Shown in pieces: positions 50,140-59,516 of a DNA stretch of 64,000 bases. Location of the stretch: assembly GCA_045863295.1 (NCBI GenBank), contig BTWA01000004.1, forward strand, positions 64,001 to 128,000. Reading direction: 5' to 3'. The stretch is from Candidatus Hydrogenedentota bacterium (GTDB lineage: Bacteria; Hydrogenedentota; Hydrogenedentia; Hydrogenedentales; SLHB01). Every line of letters begins with the position of its first letter. Position 1 is the first letter of the stretch. A model generated the notes under the pieces. It was not told the DNA's origin, did not search any database, and was given only the letters and a program-made list of their open reading frames with translations. A program made the translations under genes and the position numbers.

Positions 50140-51489
50140 TTACGCATCCACAAGTCTCGCCGTTGCCGCAACGAGGGACTTGTCCACCAAACACGGCCAG
50201 TACCCAAATACGGGGCTTACTTTTGGACGCCCTCCCGCATATCCAGTCACTCCCTGCGGGCCGCTCGTCACCAAAGGCATCAATTCCTTTGAAAACCGCT
50301 CTACAGCTTCCTTGCGCGAGTCGGCCACGCTCAAGCGCAAAACTGTCTCCAGGCATTCCGCCTCAGCAAGCACCCCCGGCGCACAAGCGCCCGTACCCAG
50401 GCACTCAATGAGCGTGCGCTCCAGTTCGTAACCCGACCGGCGCAGACGCTCCAGCACAATCTCGCCGCAACGCTTCGCCTTGGCCGCGGCATCGCGGCCA
50501 AATACCGTCAACGTACCGCTCGCGCGCCATCCGTCTCGATACGTCGCGCTCACCTTATACGAATCCGTGGGGGCACGACCCTTGGCGCCGGAAACGTGAA
50601 TCCGATTGGGACCTGACTCCTCTAGCGCAAGTCCGAGTATCGATACCGTCGCATCCGGCGTCAGAAAATTGCCCGGATCTCCCATTTCATACAACAGTTG
50701 TTCCTTCACCGTCTCCAAGGTCACCGCCCCCCCGGTTCCCTCCGGCTTGGTCACCACAAACGCTCCGTCGCTTTCAACTTCAACCACGGGAAATCCAATG
50801 CCTGCAGGATCCGCCAATTCCAACCAGTGAGTGGAAATGCCTCCGGTCGCCTGCGCCCCGCATTCAAGTACATGCCCGGCGATGAGGGCTCCCGCCATCC
50901 GGTCGTAATCGCCAATGTCCCAGTGAAAATGGTGCATCGCACACGCGGCGGCAAGGCATGGATCTGCCGTGCGGCCGGTCACCACGATATCCGCGCCCAA
51001 CTGCAACGCATCCGCAATGGGCGATGACCCAATGTACGCATTGGCGGTTACAAGGCGCGGCAGAATTGTCTCCAACGGCTCCCCGGACTCCATATGTGCA
51101 AACGAATTCCAATCAGGATGCGACCGCAACAAATCCAATACGTCGTCGCCGAGCACCACACCCACACGCATGTGTGGCAACCCCGCCTCGCGCAAAACTG
51201 CCATGCATGCCTTGGCGCATGCAACCGGGTCGAGCCCGCCGCCATTGGAAATGACTCTGGTCTTGCATCCGGCTTGCCAATGCGGCGCCAGCGATTTCAC
51301 CACATCAACAAAGTCGCGCGCATATCCCAATTGAGGATTGCGCTCACGTTGCGAAGCCATGATCGACATGGACACTTCGGCAAGATAGTCCAGGGTGAGA
51401 TAGTCCAAATCAGGTTGGAGACGCAATAACTCGGAAGGCGCATCTACGCTGTCGCCCCAAAAACCTTGCCCATTTGCGATCCGAATCAT
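50140..51489 (-). CDS. atuA: Acyclic terpene utilization AtuA (DUF1446) family protein
   Basis: IRIANGQGFWGD, DYLAEVSMSI, ANAYIG, GADIVVTGR.AD, GHVLECG.QATGG, EQLLYE. Confidence 0.9.
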   Translation of the reverse strand: MIRIANGQGFWGDSVDAPSELLRLQPDLDYLTLDYLAEVSMSIMASQRERNPQLGYARDFVDVVKSLAPHWQAGCKTRVISNGGGLDPVACAKACMAVLREAGLPHMRVGVVLGDDVLDLLRSHPDWNSFAHMESGEPLETILPRLVTANAYIGSSPIADALQLGADIVVTGRTADPCLAAACAMHHFHWDIGDYDRMAGALIAGHVLECGAQATGGISTHWLELADPAGIGFPVVEVESDGAFVVTKPEGTGGAVTLETVKEQLLYEMGDPGNFLTPDATVSILGLALEESGPNRIHVSGAKGRAPTDSYKVSATYRDGWRASGTLTVFGRDAAAKAKRCGEIVLERLRRSGYELERTLIECLGTGACAPGVLAEAECLETVLRLSVADSRKEAVERFSKELMPLVTSGPQGVTGYAGGRPKVSPVFGYWPCLVDKSLVAATARLVDA

Positions 51490-51578
51490 GCGTGAGTGGC
51501 CCGCCCTGCCGGTTTATGGCTCTTTGACACAACCACTGTTATGGCATGGACGCGCGATAAACCGCAAAGCAACAGCCG

Positions 51579-53186
51579 TCACGTCTGAATGACGCCAGTA
51601 TGAAACCGGCCCTCAGTCTGCTTGCGGCCCACCAACGCCAATGCCCGGATAAGCACGTCGCGCGTCGTGTGAGGCGCGATGATCGCGTCGACCCACCCGC
51701 GTGCCGCCGCATAACGAATGTCCATCTGTTCGTCGTAGTCCCGCTTCACGCGTTCGCGTAACGCATTCAATTCATCGTCCCCCGCCGCATTCGCGCTCCG
51801 CTTGAGGATGGTGAACAACGTGCCGGAAGCCTGCTCGCCGCCCATCACCGCATACTTCGCATTGGGCCATGCAAAAATAAAACGGGGATCGTAGGCCTTG
51901 CCACACAACGCATAGTTGCCCGCGCCGAATGATCCCCCCACCACCACCGTAATTTTGGGCACCACCGAATTGCTGACCGCGCTCACCAATTTCGCCCCGC
52001 ATCGGATAATCCCGGATTGCTCCGCATGCTTGCCTACCATGAATCCCACCACGTCCTGAAAAAACACGATAGGAATGCCCATCTGATTGCAGTCCAAGAC
52101 GAATCGCGCCGCCTTGTCCGCACTGTCGGGATAAATCACGCCGCCTATCTGGACGCCTTCTGTCTTGGATTGGCACCGCTTGCGCTGGTTCGCCACAATC
52201 CCGCACGCGCGGCCACCCACTTTCGCGTAGGCTGTAACAAGCGTTTGCCCGAACTCGGCGCGATACTCCTCGAACGATCCCGCGTCAACTACGCAATCCA
52301 GCACATCACGCATGTCATATTCGCGGCGCCCGCTGGGATCGACCAATCCATAAACGGCCTCCGTATCGCTGGCCGGCACGTCGCCGGAAAGCGGTCCCAG
52401 CCGTTGTTCCCAACGCTCGGATGGCAACAACTCAATCAACTTCCGGATACGGTTTAGACAGGTGGGATCGTCCGGCTCATGAAAATCGATCGTACCGCTA
52501 ACCGCCGCATGCATCGACGCCCCGCCCAACTCTTCGGGATCCGCTTCCTGCCCAATCGCCGCCTTCACCAACGCCGGCCCCGCGAGGTACAACCCGCTGC
52601 CTTCGGTCATCAACAGCTTGTCGCAAAGCACCGGCAAATACGCCCCGCCTGCAATGCAATTCCCCATGATGGCGGCATACTGCGGCAGACCCGATGCCGA
52701 TAATACGGCGTTGTTTCGAAATATCCGCCCAAAATCGTCTTCGTCGGGAAAGATCTCGTCCTGCATTGGCAGGTAAACCCCCGCCGAGTCCACGAGATAA
52801 ATCAGCGGCAAACCGTTTTCAAACGCTATCCGTTGCGCCCGTAAAACCTTCTTCACCGTCTGTGGAAAAAACGCCCCCGCTTTCACCGTCGCGTCGTTGG
52901 CCACAATCAGACACGGACGGTTGCAGACCGCACCAATGCCGGCAACAGTTCCCGCCGCCGGCACCTCGCCCACACCGGGATACATCTGCCATCCCGCCCA
53001 AAGCCCAATTTCAAAAAAAGAATGGGGTTCGTCCAGAAGGCGCGCAATCCGTTCGCGCGCGGTGAGCCTGCCCAGCCGCGCCTGCCGTTCGCGCCCCGCC
53101 GCACCGCCGCCCTCGCGCAATGAAGCCTCCTGCGTTAGAATGGAATCCGTAATCGCTCGAATGGAAGCGGACGAAACAGTGCTCAT
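51579..53186 (-). CDS. Acyl-CoA carboxylase carboxyltransferase subunit (MccB/LiuB/AtuC-like)
   Basis: GRLTARERI, ANDATVKAG, LVDSAG..LP.QDEIFPD, CIAGGAY, QDVVGFMVG, GGSFGAGNYALCG. Confidence 0.93.
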   Translation of the reverse strand: MSTVSSASIRAITDSILTQEASLREGGGAAGRERQARLGRLTARERIARLLDEPHSFFEIGLWAGWQMYPGVGEVPAAGTVAGIGAVCNRPCLIVANDATVKAGAFFPQTVKKVLRAQRIAFENGLPLIYLVDSAGVYLPMQDEIFPDEDDFGRIFRNNAVLSASGLPQYAAIMGNCIAGGAYLPVLCDKLLMTEGSGLYLAGPALVKAAIGQEADPEELGGASMHAAVSGTIDFHEPDDPTCLNRIRKLIELLPSERWEQRLGPLSGDVPASDTEAVYGLVDPSGRREYDMRDVLDCVVDAGSFEEYRAEFGQTLVTAYAKVGGRACGIVANQRKRCQSKTEGVQIGGVIYPDSADKAARFVLDCNQMGIPIVFFQDVVGFMVGKHAEQSGIIRCGAKLVSAVSNSVVPKITVVVGGSFGAGNYALCGKAYDPRFIFAWPNAKYAVMGGEQASGTLFTILKRSANAAGDDELNALRERVKRDYDEQMDIRYAAARGWVDAIIAPHTTRDVLIRALALVGRKQTEGRFHTGVIQT

Positions 53187-53190
53187 GCGC

Positions 53191-54984
53191 TTACGATTCC
53201 GCCGGCCAGGTCACGCCGGTCACTTCGTCAGAAACCGCGTAGATCGATTCGTCATCGTTCTTGAAGAGTGAATCCAGGGCCGCGTCGAATTCGGCAAACG
53301 CCATGCGGCAATACAACTTTCCAGCCGATAGGTTGCCCTTGGCCATTTCACCGCCGCCGTTGGCGGAATGCAATTCGCTGTCCAGTCGCCCAATCACCGC
53401 CGTCACCGTGTACAATGCAATGGCCGCTGTCGCGATACGGTTGATTCGCAACTGCTCTTCCACCAGTCCCTCGCGGTATTTCGCAAGCAGCCGGGGTATC
53501 GCAAGTCCAAACCGCCGGACACGCGCCCCCAACTCGCCCGCCTCCTCTGCAATGGCGGCCGACCGAACCGGTACCAATGGCGCACGTACCGACTTCGAAT
53601 AGTCCTTGCCCAAGTGCAGCATCTTCCCCAACGCATGAATGGGATTGGTCAACACGCTGTCGTGCATGTCCTTCAAGCGCACGCCCAAATCGCGCACACC
53701 TACAACCCCGATAAACGCACGCAAAACCTCGTTGGACCCTTCGCCAATCGTGTTCAAACGCGCGTCGCGCATCATGCGCTCGAACGGATGATCGGTAAAG
53801 AAGGACCGCCCGCCATAGATCTGCATCGTGTCATAGAGGATTTGCCACTGACACTCGCTGCAAAACACCTTGATGATTGCCGTCTCCAGCATGAAGTCTT
53901 CTTCGCCCCGATCCAGCAATCCCGCGGTCAGATAGGTCGATGCCTCCATCGCATACACCCGCGCCGCCATCCCAGCAATCATGCTCTTGACCATGCCAAA
54001 ACTCGCCAGCGGACGCTTGAATTGATGCCGCGTCCGCGCGTGTTCGACCGCAAGACGTAGGCATTCCTTGGCATTCCCCGTGCACCCCGCGCCAAACGTC
54101 GTACGGCCAAAATCCAGCACCGTCAACGCCACCTTCAACCCGCCGCCTTTGGGACCCAGAATATTCGCCGCCGGCACTTCCATGTCAGTGAAACGGAGCT
54201 TCGCCGTCTTCGTTCCTCGCATCCCCACCTTTTCCAAGGCCACGTCTTCGACTTCGAATCCCGGCATGTCGGGCGTCACAAGAAATGCCGTGATTTTGTC
54301 CTCTCTACCTTTTGGGGTTTCCACCTCCGTTTGCGCCATCACCGTAAGAATGCCCGCAATGCCGCCGTTTGTGATCCACTGCTTGCGGCCCGTAATCCGG
54401 TAGACATCACGCTCCGCGTCATACACCGCGCGCGTCTCCACGCCTGCCGCGTCCGAACCCGCATTGGGCTCCGTCAACGCAAATGCCGCAAGCACGTCGC
54501 CCCGCGCCAACGGTGGCAACCATCGACCCTTCTGCTCATCCGTGCCGAACAACAACAACGCCTTCATGCCAATGCTCTGGTGCGCATTGATGAACAAGGC
54601 CGTAGACTGGCAACGCCGCGCCACCTCCTCCACCATCCGGCAGTACCCGTACTGGCTGATGCCCTGTCCACCAAATTCGTGGGGAATGGTGCAACTCAAA
54701 ACACCAAGATCGGCCAGTCCCCGAATCACGTCCCCGGGAATGTCGCTCTGACGATCAATGGTGTCCGGATTCAGGTGCGCGTCGGCCCACGTCGACAACG
54801 AATGGATAAACGCGTCCGCGGACTTCCTCTCTTCCATGGTCGGTTGAGGAAACGGAAGCACGCGCGCCGCATCGAACGCGCCCATGAACAACCCTTTGAC
54901 AAAACTCGGAAGGCGCTCTTCGGAAAACAGCAGGTCCTCTGCCTTCTCCATCTGTTCCTGTTGCCACGTCTTTGCATTGGCCAT
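53191..54984 (-). CDS. Acyl-CoA dehydrogenase (long, ACAD9/VLCAD-like)
   Basis: AFALTEPNAGSDA, GRKQWITNG, KVGMRG, QIYGG, RDARLNTIGEGSNEV; extended C-terminus. Confidence 0.93.
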   Translation of the reverse strand: MANAKTWQQEQMEKAEDLLFSEERLPSFVKGLFMGAFDAARVLPFPQPTMEERKSADAFIHSLSTWADAHLNPDTIDRQSDIPGDVIRGLADLGVLSCTIPHEFGGQGISQYGYCRMVEEVARRCQSTALFINAHQSIGMKALLLFGTDEQKGRWLPPLARGDVLAAFALTEPNAGSDAAGVETRAVYDAERDVYRITGRKQWITNGGIAGILTVMAQTEVETPKGREDKITAFLVTPDMPGFEVEDVALEKVGMRGTKTAKLRFTDMEVPAANILGPKGGGLKVALTVLDFGRTTFGAGCTGNAKECLRLAVEHARTRHQFKRPLASFGMVKSMIAGMAARVYAMEASTYLTAGLLDRGEEDFMLETAIIKVFCSECQWQILYDTMQIYGGRSFFTDHPFERMMRDARLNTIGEGSNEVLRAFIGVVGVRDLGVRLKDMHDSVLTNPIHALGKMLHLGKDYSKSVRAPLVPVRSAAIAEEAGELGARVRRFGLAIPRLLAKYREGLVEEQLRINRIATAAIALYTVTAVIGRLDSELHSANGGGEMAKGNLSAGKLYCRMAFAEFDAALDSLFKNDDESIYAVSDEVTGVTWPAES

Positions 54985-55020
54985 GGATCGGCTCCCGGCA
55001 AAATAAATCGGGCACGCGCT

Positions 55021-55146
55021 TACTTAGTGGTAGGTATTGGCCGCGCAAACACCCATCAGTTCCCAAATACCTGAGTGGATATGCCGCCTGCCGCGCCCGG
55101 CGTTTGTCACCAAACTCATTCTGAACCCGGCCAAATGCCTTGTCAA
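55021..55146 (-). promoter_or_regulatory. Promoter and candidate operator of the acyl-CoA operon
   Basis: Minus strand TTGACA (55146-41), 17 nt, CAGAAT (55123-18); imperfect palindrome TACTTA-N4-TAGGTA at 55021-55036. Confidence 0.55.
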
Positions 55147-55177
55147 ATAACCGGGCCCGCTCACACGCTCCCCCGTC

Positions 55178-55711
55178 CTACAGCACTTCAACGGTGATAT
55201 TGTGGTTCGTATAGATACAAATGTCGCCCGCGATATTCAGCGACTCACGAACGGTCCCTTCCGCGTCAAGGGACGAATACTTCACCAACGCCCGCGCCGC
55301 CGCAAGCGCAAACGGACCGCCCGAACCGATCGCCAGAATACCGTCATCCGGTTCAATGACTTCGCCACCGCCCGAGATCAGCAACGAACGCTCAGCGTCG
55401 CAAACCGCCAGCAGCGCTTCCAAATTTCGCAGATACTTGTCCGTGCGCCACTGCTTACCCAACTCCACCGCCGCCCGAAGCAAATTCTTGTTGTATTCGC
55501 TGAGCTTGCCTTCAAAGCGCTCAAACAACGTGAAGGCATCCGACACCGATCCGGCAAAGCCCGCCAACACCTTCCCGTCAGCCAGCCGCCGTACCTTGGT
55601 CGCCTTGTCTTTCATCACGGTGTTGCCCATGGTCACCTGACCGTCGCCGCCAAGCGCCACCTTGCCGTCTTTGCGTACGCTCACCACGGTGGTGGCGTGA
55701 AACTGAATCAT
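55178..55711 (-). CDS. hslV: ATP-dependent protease peptidase subunit HslV
   Basis: Short propeptide then [52 protein letters not shown]. Confidence 0.97.
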   Translation of the reverse strand: MIQFHATTVVSVRKDGKVALGGDGQVTMGNTVMKDKATKVRRLADGKVLAGFAGSVSDAFTLFERFEGKLSEYNKNLLRAAVELGKQWRTDKYLRNLEALLAVCDAERSLLISGGGEVIEPDDGILAIGSGGPFALAAARALVKYSSLDAEGTVRESLNIAGDICIYTNHNITVEVL

Positions 55712-55729
55712 GGATTTCATCCTCCCATA

Positions 55730-56455
55730 CTACCCGCCAATCGGCACGCTTTCGAATCGGCGAACAACGATCTCGTCGGTGTGGGCTCGCTCACTCTGTG
55801 TGGCCAGGAACAGACATGCATGCGCGACATCCTCCGGCGTCATCCAGTTGGATCGATCGCGCTCCGGCATGGCCTCCGCGGCAAGCCTGGTATCTACGCC
55901 GCCAGGGCAGACGCTGTGCACCCGGATGCCGGACTCCCGCAACTCCATCGACAATACCTTGGTGAGTCCATTGAGAGCATGCTTGGAAGCCACATACGAA
56001 CTCTGATTCGAAATGGGTTTCAACCCGGCCACGCTGGAAATGTTGATAATCCGGCCTGCTTTCCGCTCTATCATCGAAGGCAGCACCGCCTGTATCATCG
56101 ACACCACGCCGAACACATTCACATCGAACGTTCGCCGCCACTCTTCCACCGGCGATTCAACGAACGGCTTGAAGGAAGCATAGCCCGCATTGTTCACAAG
56201 AATGTCGACATGACCAAGGGCCTGCACCGCCTTCCCGCCGGAATGCAATGCCTGTCCGGCGTCCGAAAGATCGCAAGGCAATACAACCGCCGCCCTCCCT
56301 GCATCGCGCACCAACCCCGCCGTCACTTCCAGCTCATCAACCGACCGCGCAAGAATCGCCACATCGCAGCCCTGCTGCGCAAACGCAACAGCAATACCGC
56401 GCCCAATGCCGCGGCCCGCGCCGGTGATAATCGCTGTCTTACTCTTCAATAACAT
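55730..56455 (-). CDS. Short-chain dehydrogenase/reductase
   Basis: TGAGRGIG, NNAG, SS, YVASK, PGGVDT. Confidence 0.93.
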   Translation of the reverse strand: MLLKSKTAIITGAGRGIGRGIAVAFAQQGCDVAILARSVDELEVTAGLVRDAGRAAVVLPCDLSDAGQALHSGGKAVQALGHVDILVNNAGYASFKPFVESPVEEWRRTFDVNVFGVVSMIQAVLPSMIERKAGRIINISSVAGLKPISNQSSYVASKHALNGLTKVLSMELRESGIRVHSVCPGGVDTRLAAEAMPERDRSNWMTPEDVAHACLFLATQSERAHTDEIVVRRFESVPIGG

Positions 56456-56501
56456 GATCGAGTTCCGTCTTCGCTAGCGTCCGGCCGAAATGGCACCCCT
56501 T

Positions 56502-57224
56502 TTACAACACGTGGCGAAAAACCATATACCCTTCCGCTGCCTCGCGCGAAATTTCGCGGCCCCGCACACGCGCAATGTACTCCACGTTCTGCAACGACGA
56601 ATGGTGAATTGCATCGCGCATTTGCGACTGGTGCATGGACAATGCTTTCAATTTGTGCTCCAAGTACGCGCTGATGTCAATGTAAAAATTCGGGTGAAAC
56701 TTCTCGCGTTCCATGGACCAGAACAACGAGGTATTGTCATAACCCAATACGATCGGCTGAAACGATTTGATGCTGGGCACGCCGGGACGCGCAGCGGTCC
56801 AAGCCGCGCGAAAGACGGCTTCGTGATCCTGGTTGTACGATGCGATTGGGATGGCGAGAATTGTCGGCTGTATCTTGTCCAGCGCAAGCCGCGCGTCGCG
56901 TTCAAAAAGGGAAATAAGATCGCGGCGCGGAATCGCGTCCAGCCGCAGGTGAGTTTGTTCGTCCCGAAAAAGGATTTCCCAATCATCCACCCGCAGAAAA
57001 TCCATTACATCCTTGACTTCCTTTTCCCGCGTCGTGCCTTCAACAATGGCCTGTTTGCCGTCGTAATGTTTCAAATCGCCCACGGAACAAATAATGCAAT
57101 AGACTTCGCCGCCGAGATCCTTGATTCGCGCCATGGTGCCGGCGCAGCCAAAACATTCGTCGTCGGCATGAGGTGCAATTACAAGCATGCGCTGCTTGGA
57201 CAAAAACAAGTCTTCAGGCGTCAA
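56502..57224 (-). CDS. PIG-L/LmbE-family deacetylase
   Basis: IAPHADDECFGCAGT, NQDH, KLKAL..HQSQ, AEG. Confidence 0.9.
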   Translation of the reverse strand: MTPEDLFLSKQRMLVIAPHADDECFGCAGTMARIKDLGGEVYCIICSVGDLKHYDGKQAIVEGTTREKEVKDVMDFLRVDDWEILFRDEQTHLRLDAIPRRDLISLFERDARLALDKIQPTILAIPIASYNQDHEAVFRAAWTAARPGVPSIKSFQPIVLGYDNTSLFWSMEREKFHPNFYIDISAYLEHKLKALSMHQSQMRDAIHHSSLQNVEYIARVRGREISREAAEGYMVFRHVL

Positions 57225-58380
57225 TGCCTTTCTCCTTCAATAACCTTTCGTACACATCTTCGATGCCGCGAACCATGCGGTCCAAACCGTAGTAAGGATC
57301 GATCCGCGTGCGCGACGCCGCTCCCATGCGCTCTCGCAAATCACGGTCCCGGATCAAGGACCGCAATCCGTGCGCAAGTGCGCGCGCGTCACGCGGCGCT
57401 GTAAGCAAACCCGTTACGCCGTCCACCACCACATCCGGCACACCCCCGACGGCCGTCGCAACGCTGGGAACCCCAGCGGCGCCCGCCTCCAGCAATACAC
57501 GCCCCATCCCCTCATTCAAGGAAGGCAACACAAACACGTCGAACGCTGCCATGAGATCCGGAATGTCGTCGCGCTGCCCCAACAAGTGAAACCGGTCCCC
57601 CAGTGGTCGCGCCAAATCCGCCAACGCTCCCCGCAGTGATCCGTCTCCCACGAGCACAAACCGGGCCTCGCCATGGTGTTCAAGAACCTCGCGTGCCGCA
57701 TCCACAACATACGAGAAACCTTTTACGGGTTCAAGACGCCCCACCGCGCCAATCAAAACTTCGTCGTCACGGACACCCAATGCCTTCCGAGTCAACGGAC
57801 GCCGCGCACGAGCACGCTCGTAGGGCGAAAGATCAATGCCGCTGAATATGGCGGTCCACTTTTCCCGCACCCCGATACGCCGTTCGAGATGCTCCTCGAT
57901 GCCGCGCTCGGTCAGCGCAATCATCGTGTCCGTAAATGCAGCCGCCCGCCGCTCCCAAGCCACGAAAAATCGCGTGGTCAGATCGGAAAAATAACCGGTG
58001 AAAATGTGCCCGTGCGGTGTGTGAATAATGATCGGCGTTCCCACGGTCCGCGCGGCAAACCGCCCAAGAATACCCGCCTTGGACGTGTGCGTATGCACAA
58101 TGTGGTATTGCCGTTGGCGAATCAGTCGGGCCAGCGATCGATACGCGCGCCAGTCACGCAACGGATGAGGCGTCCGGCACAGCGAGGAGATCGGAATGAG
58201 TTCGACTCCCGCATCGCGGACGGCGCCTTCCATGCAGATCTCGCCAGGCGGCACGGGACCGGCGATGAGATCGACCTCATACCGCTCCCGGTTCATCAAC
58301 CGGCACGTATGAAAGGTATTCTCCTGCGCGCCGCCCTTGCACATTCGCGTAATGATGTGCGCCACGCGAATACGTTTCAC
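57214..58380 (-). CDS. GT4 glycosyltransferase
   Basis: HIITR..KGGAQ, HTHTSKAG, VGRLEPVKG, EGMGRVLLEA (E-x7-E); GTG start overlapping upstream stop. Confidence 0.92.
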   Translation of the reverse strand: MKRIRVAHIITRMCKGGAQENTFHTCRLMNRERYEVDLIAGPVPPGEICMEGAVRDAGVELIPISSLCRTPHPLRDWRAYRSLARLIRQRQYHIVHTHTSKAGILGRFAARTVGTPIIIHTPHGHIFTGYFSDLTTRFFVAWERRAAAFTDTMIALTERGIEEHLERRIGVREKWTAIFSGIDLSPYERARARRPLTRKALGVRDDEVLIGAVGRLEPVKGFSYVVDAAREVLEHHGEARFVLVGDGSLRGALADLARPLGDRFHLLGQRDDIPDLMAAFDVFVLPSLNEGMGRVLLEAGAAGVPSVATAVGGVPDVVVDGVTGLLTAPRDARALAHGLRSLIRDRDLRERMGAASRTRIDPYYGLDRMVRGIEDVYERLLKEKGIDA

Positions 58381-59516
58381 GGCGCCGCTTCCAGAATTTC
58401 CATCACGCGCTGCGTGAATACCCGCCAATTCAGTTCGCGCTCCACCCGTTCGCGGCCCGCCTCCCCAAAGTCGTGAGAGAGATCCGGATTCAACAACAGC
58501 TTGCCTATCGCTTCCGCGGTCTCGTGCACATGCTCTGGCGGCACCAGATAGCCCGTAGCGCCATCGATCACCGCCTCGGGTACCCCGCCGGTATCGCCCG
58601 CCACGACGGGCTTACCATGGGCATGCGCCTCCGCAAATACGAGGCCAAACCCTTCCACATGCGGTCCTTCGGTCGCCGTGGGTAACGCGAATACGTCGCA
58701 CTCCGCATAGAGCGCCGCCACTTCGCGGTCAGACAATCGCCCCGGCAATACAACATGATCCCGCACGCCCAACGCATGTGCTTCACGCGCCACCGCACTT
58801 AAGGTTGGCCCCCGGCCTACCATCACCAGCACCGCGTCCGGAGCCTGCGCAAGTATCTCCGGCATGGCCCGGACCAAAGTCAAATGTCCCTTGCGCGGAA
58901 TGAAGCGTCCCACGGCCAGGATAACGCGCGCTCCTTCCAGCACATACCGGCGCCGCACGGCATCCATCTCTTCGCCGGAAATCGGCAACGGCTCGGCGGC
59001 TCCCGGAAGAACAATATGTAAGTTCTCCTTCGACGCGCCGAACGCCACCAGCTTGTCGCGCGTGAATCGGCTGATGGCGATGACCGCCGCCGCATTGCGA
59101 TAAATCCGGCGCAAAACCGCCGCGAAAGGTCCCTCTGCATGGAACTTGAGAAACTCATAGGCATAAGCAAATGCGGCATAACGCAACCCATGCCGTCTTC
59201 GAGCAAACCAGCCGATTAATCCAGCTGATGCTACGTTGATGGCAAACAGCCAATCACTGGAATCAAAGTAAGGACGTGCCGCGCGATACATGGGAATCGT
59301 CCGGAACCAGCCCCAACCGTACCCGTCATAACGAATAATCGTCACCGGCTCATTCCGATCAAATTCCGCCATATCCGGAAAGCCCGGCGCGATGACAGTC
59401 ACCTTGTGCCCCTGCCGGGCCAACTCGCGGCTCAACTCCAGTGTGACCGTGGCGATGCCTCCTTCAATCGGCGGATAGTCGGCGGTCAACACCAGAATCG
59501 ATTGCGGCCCATTCAT
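58377..59516 (-). CDS. GT4 glycosyltransferase (PimB-like)
   Basis: DYPPIEGGI, VGRFIPRKG, EGFGLVFAEA, GDTGGVPEAV. Confidence 0.92.
   Translation of the reverse strand: MNGPQSILVLTADYPPIEGGIATVTLELSRELARQGHKVTVIAPGFPDMAEFDRNEPVTIIRYDGYGWGWFRTIPMYRAARPYFDSSDWLFAINVASAGLIGWFARRRHGLRYAAFAYAYEFLKFHAEGPFAAVLRRIYRNAAAVIAISRFTRDKLVAFGASKENLHIVLPGAAEPLPISGEEMDAVRRRYVLEGARVILAVGRFIPRKGHLTLVRAMPEILAQAPDAVLVMVGRGPTLSAVAREAHALGVRDHVVLPGRLSDREVAALYAECDVFALPTATEGPHVEGFGLVFAEAHAHGKPVVAGDTGGVPEAVIDGATGYLVPPEHVHETAEAIGKLLLNPDLSHDFGEAGRERVERELNWRVFTQRVMEILEAAP

Noticed and set aside
55202..56452. 416-aa plus-strand ORF
   Set aside because: Antisense to hslV and the SDR; typical shadow translation.
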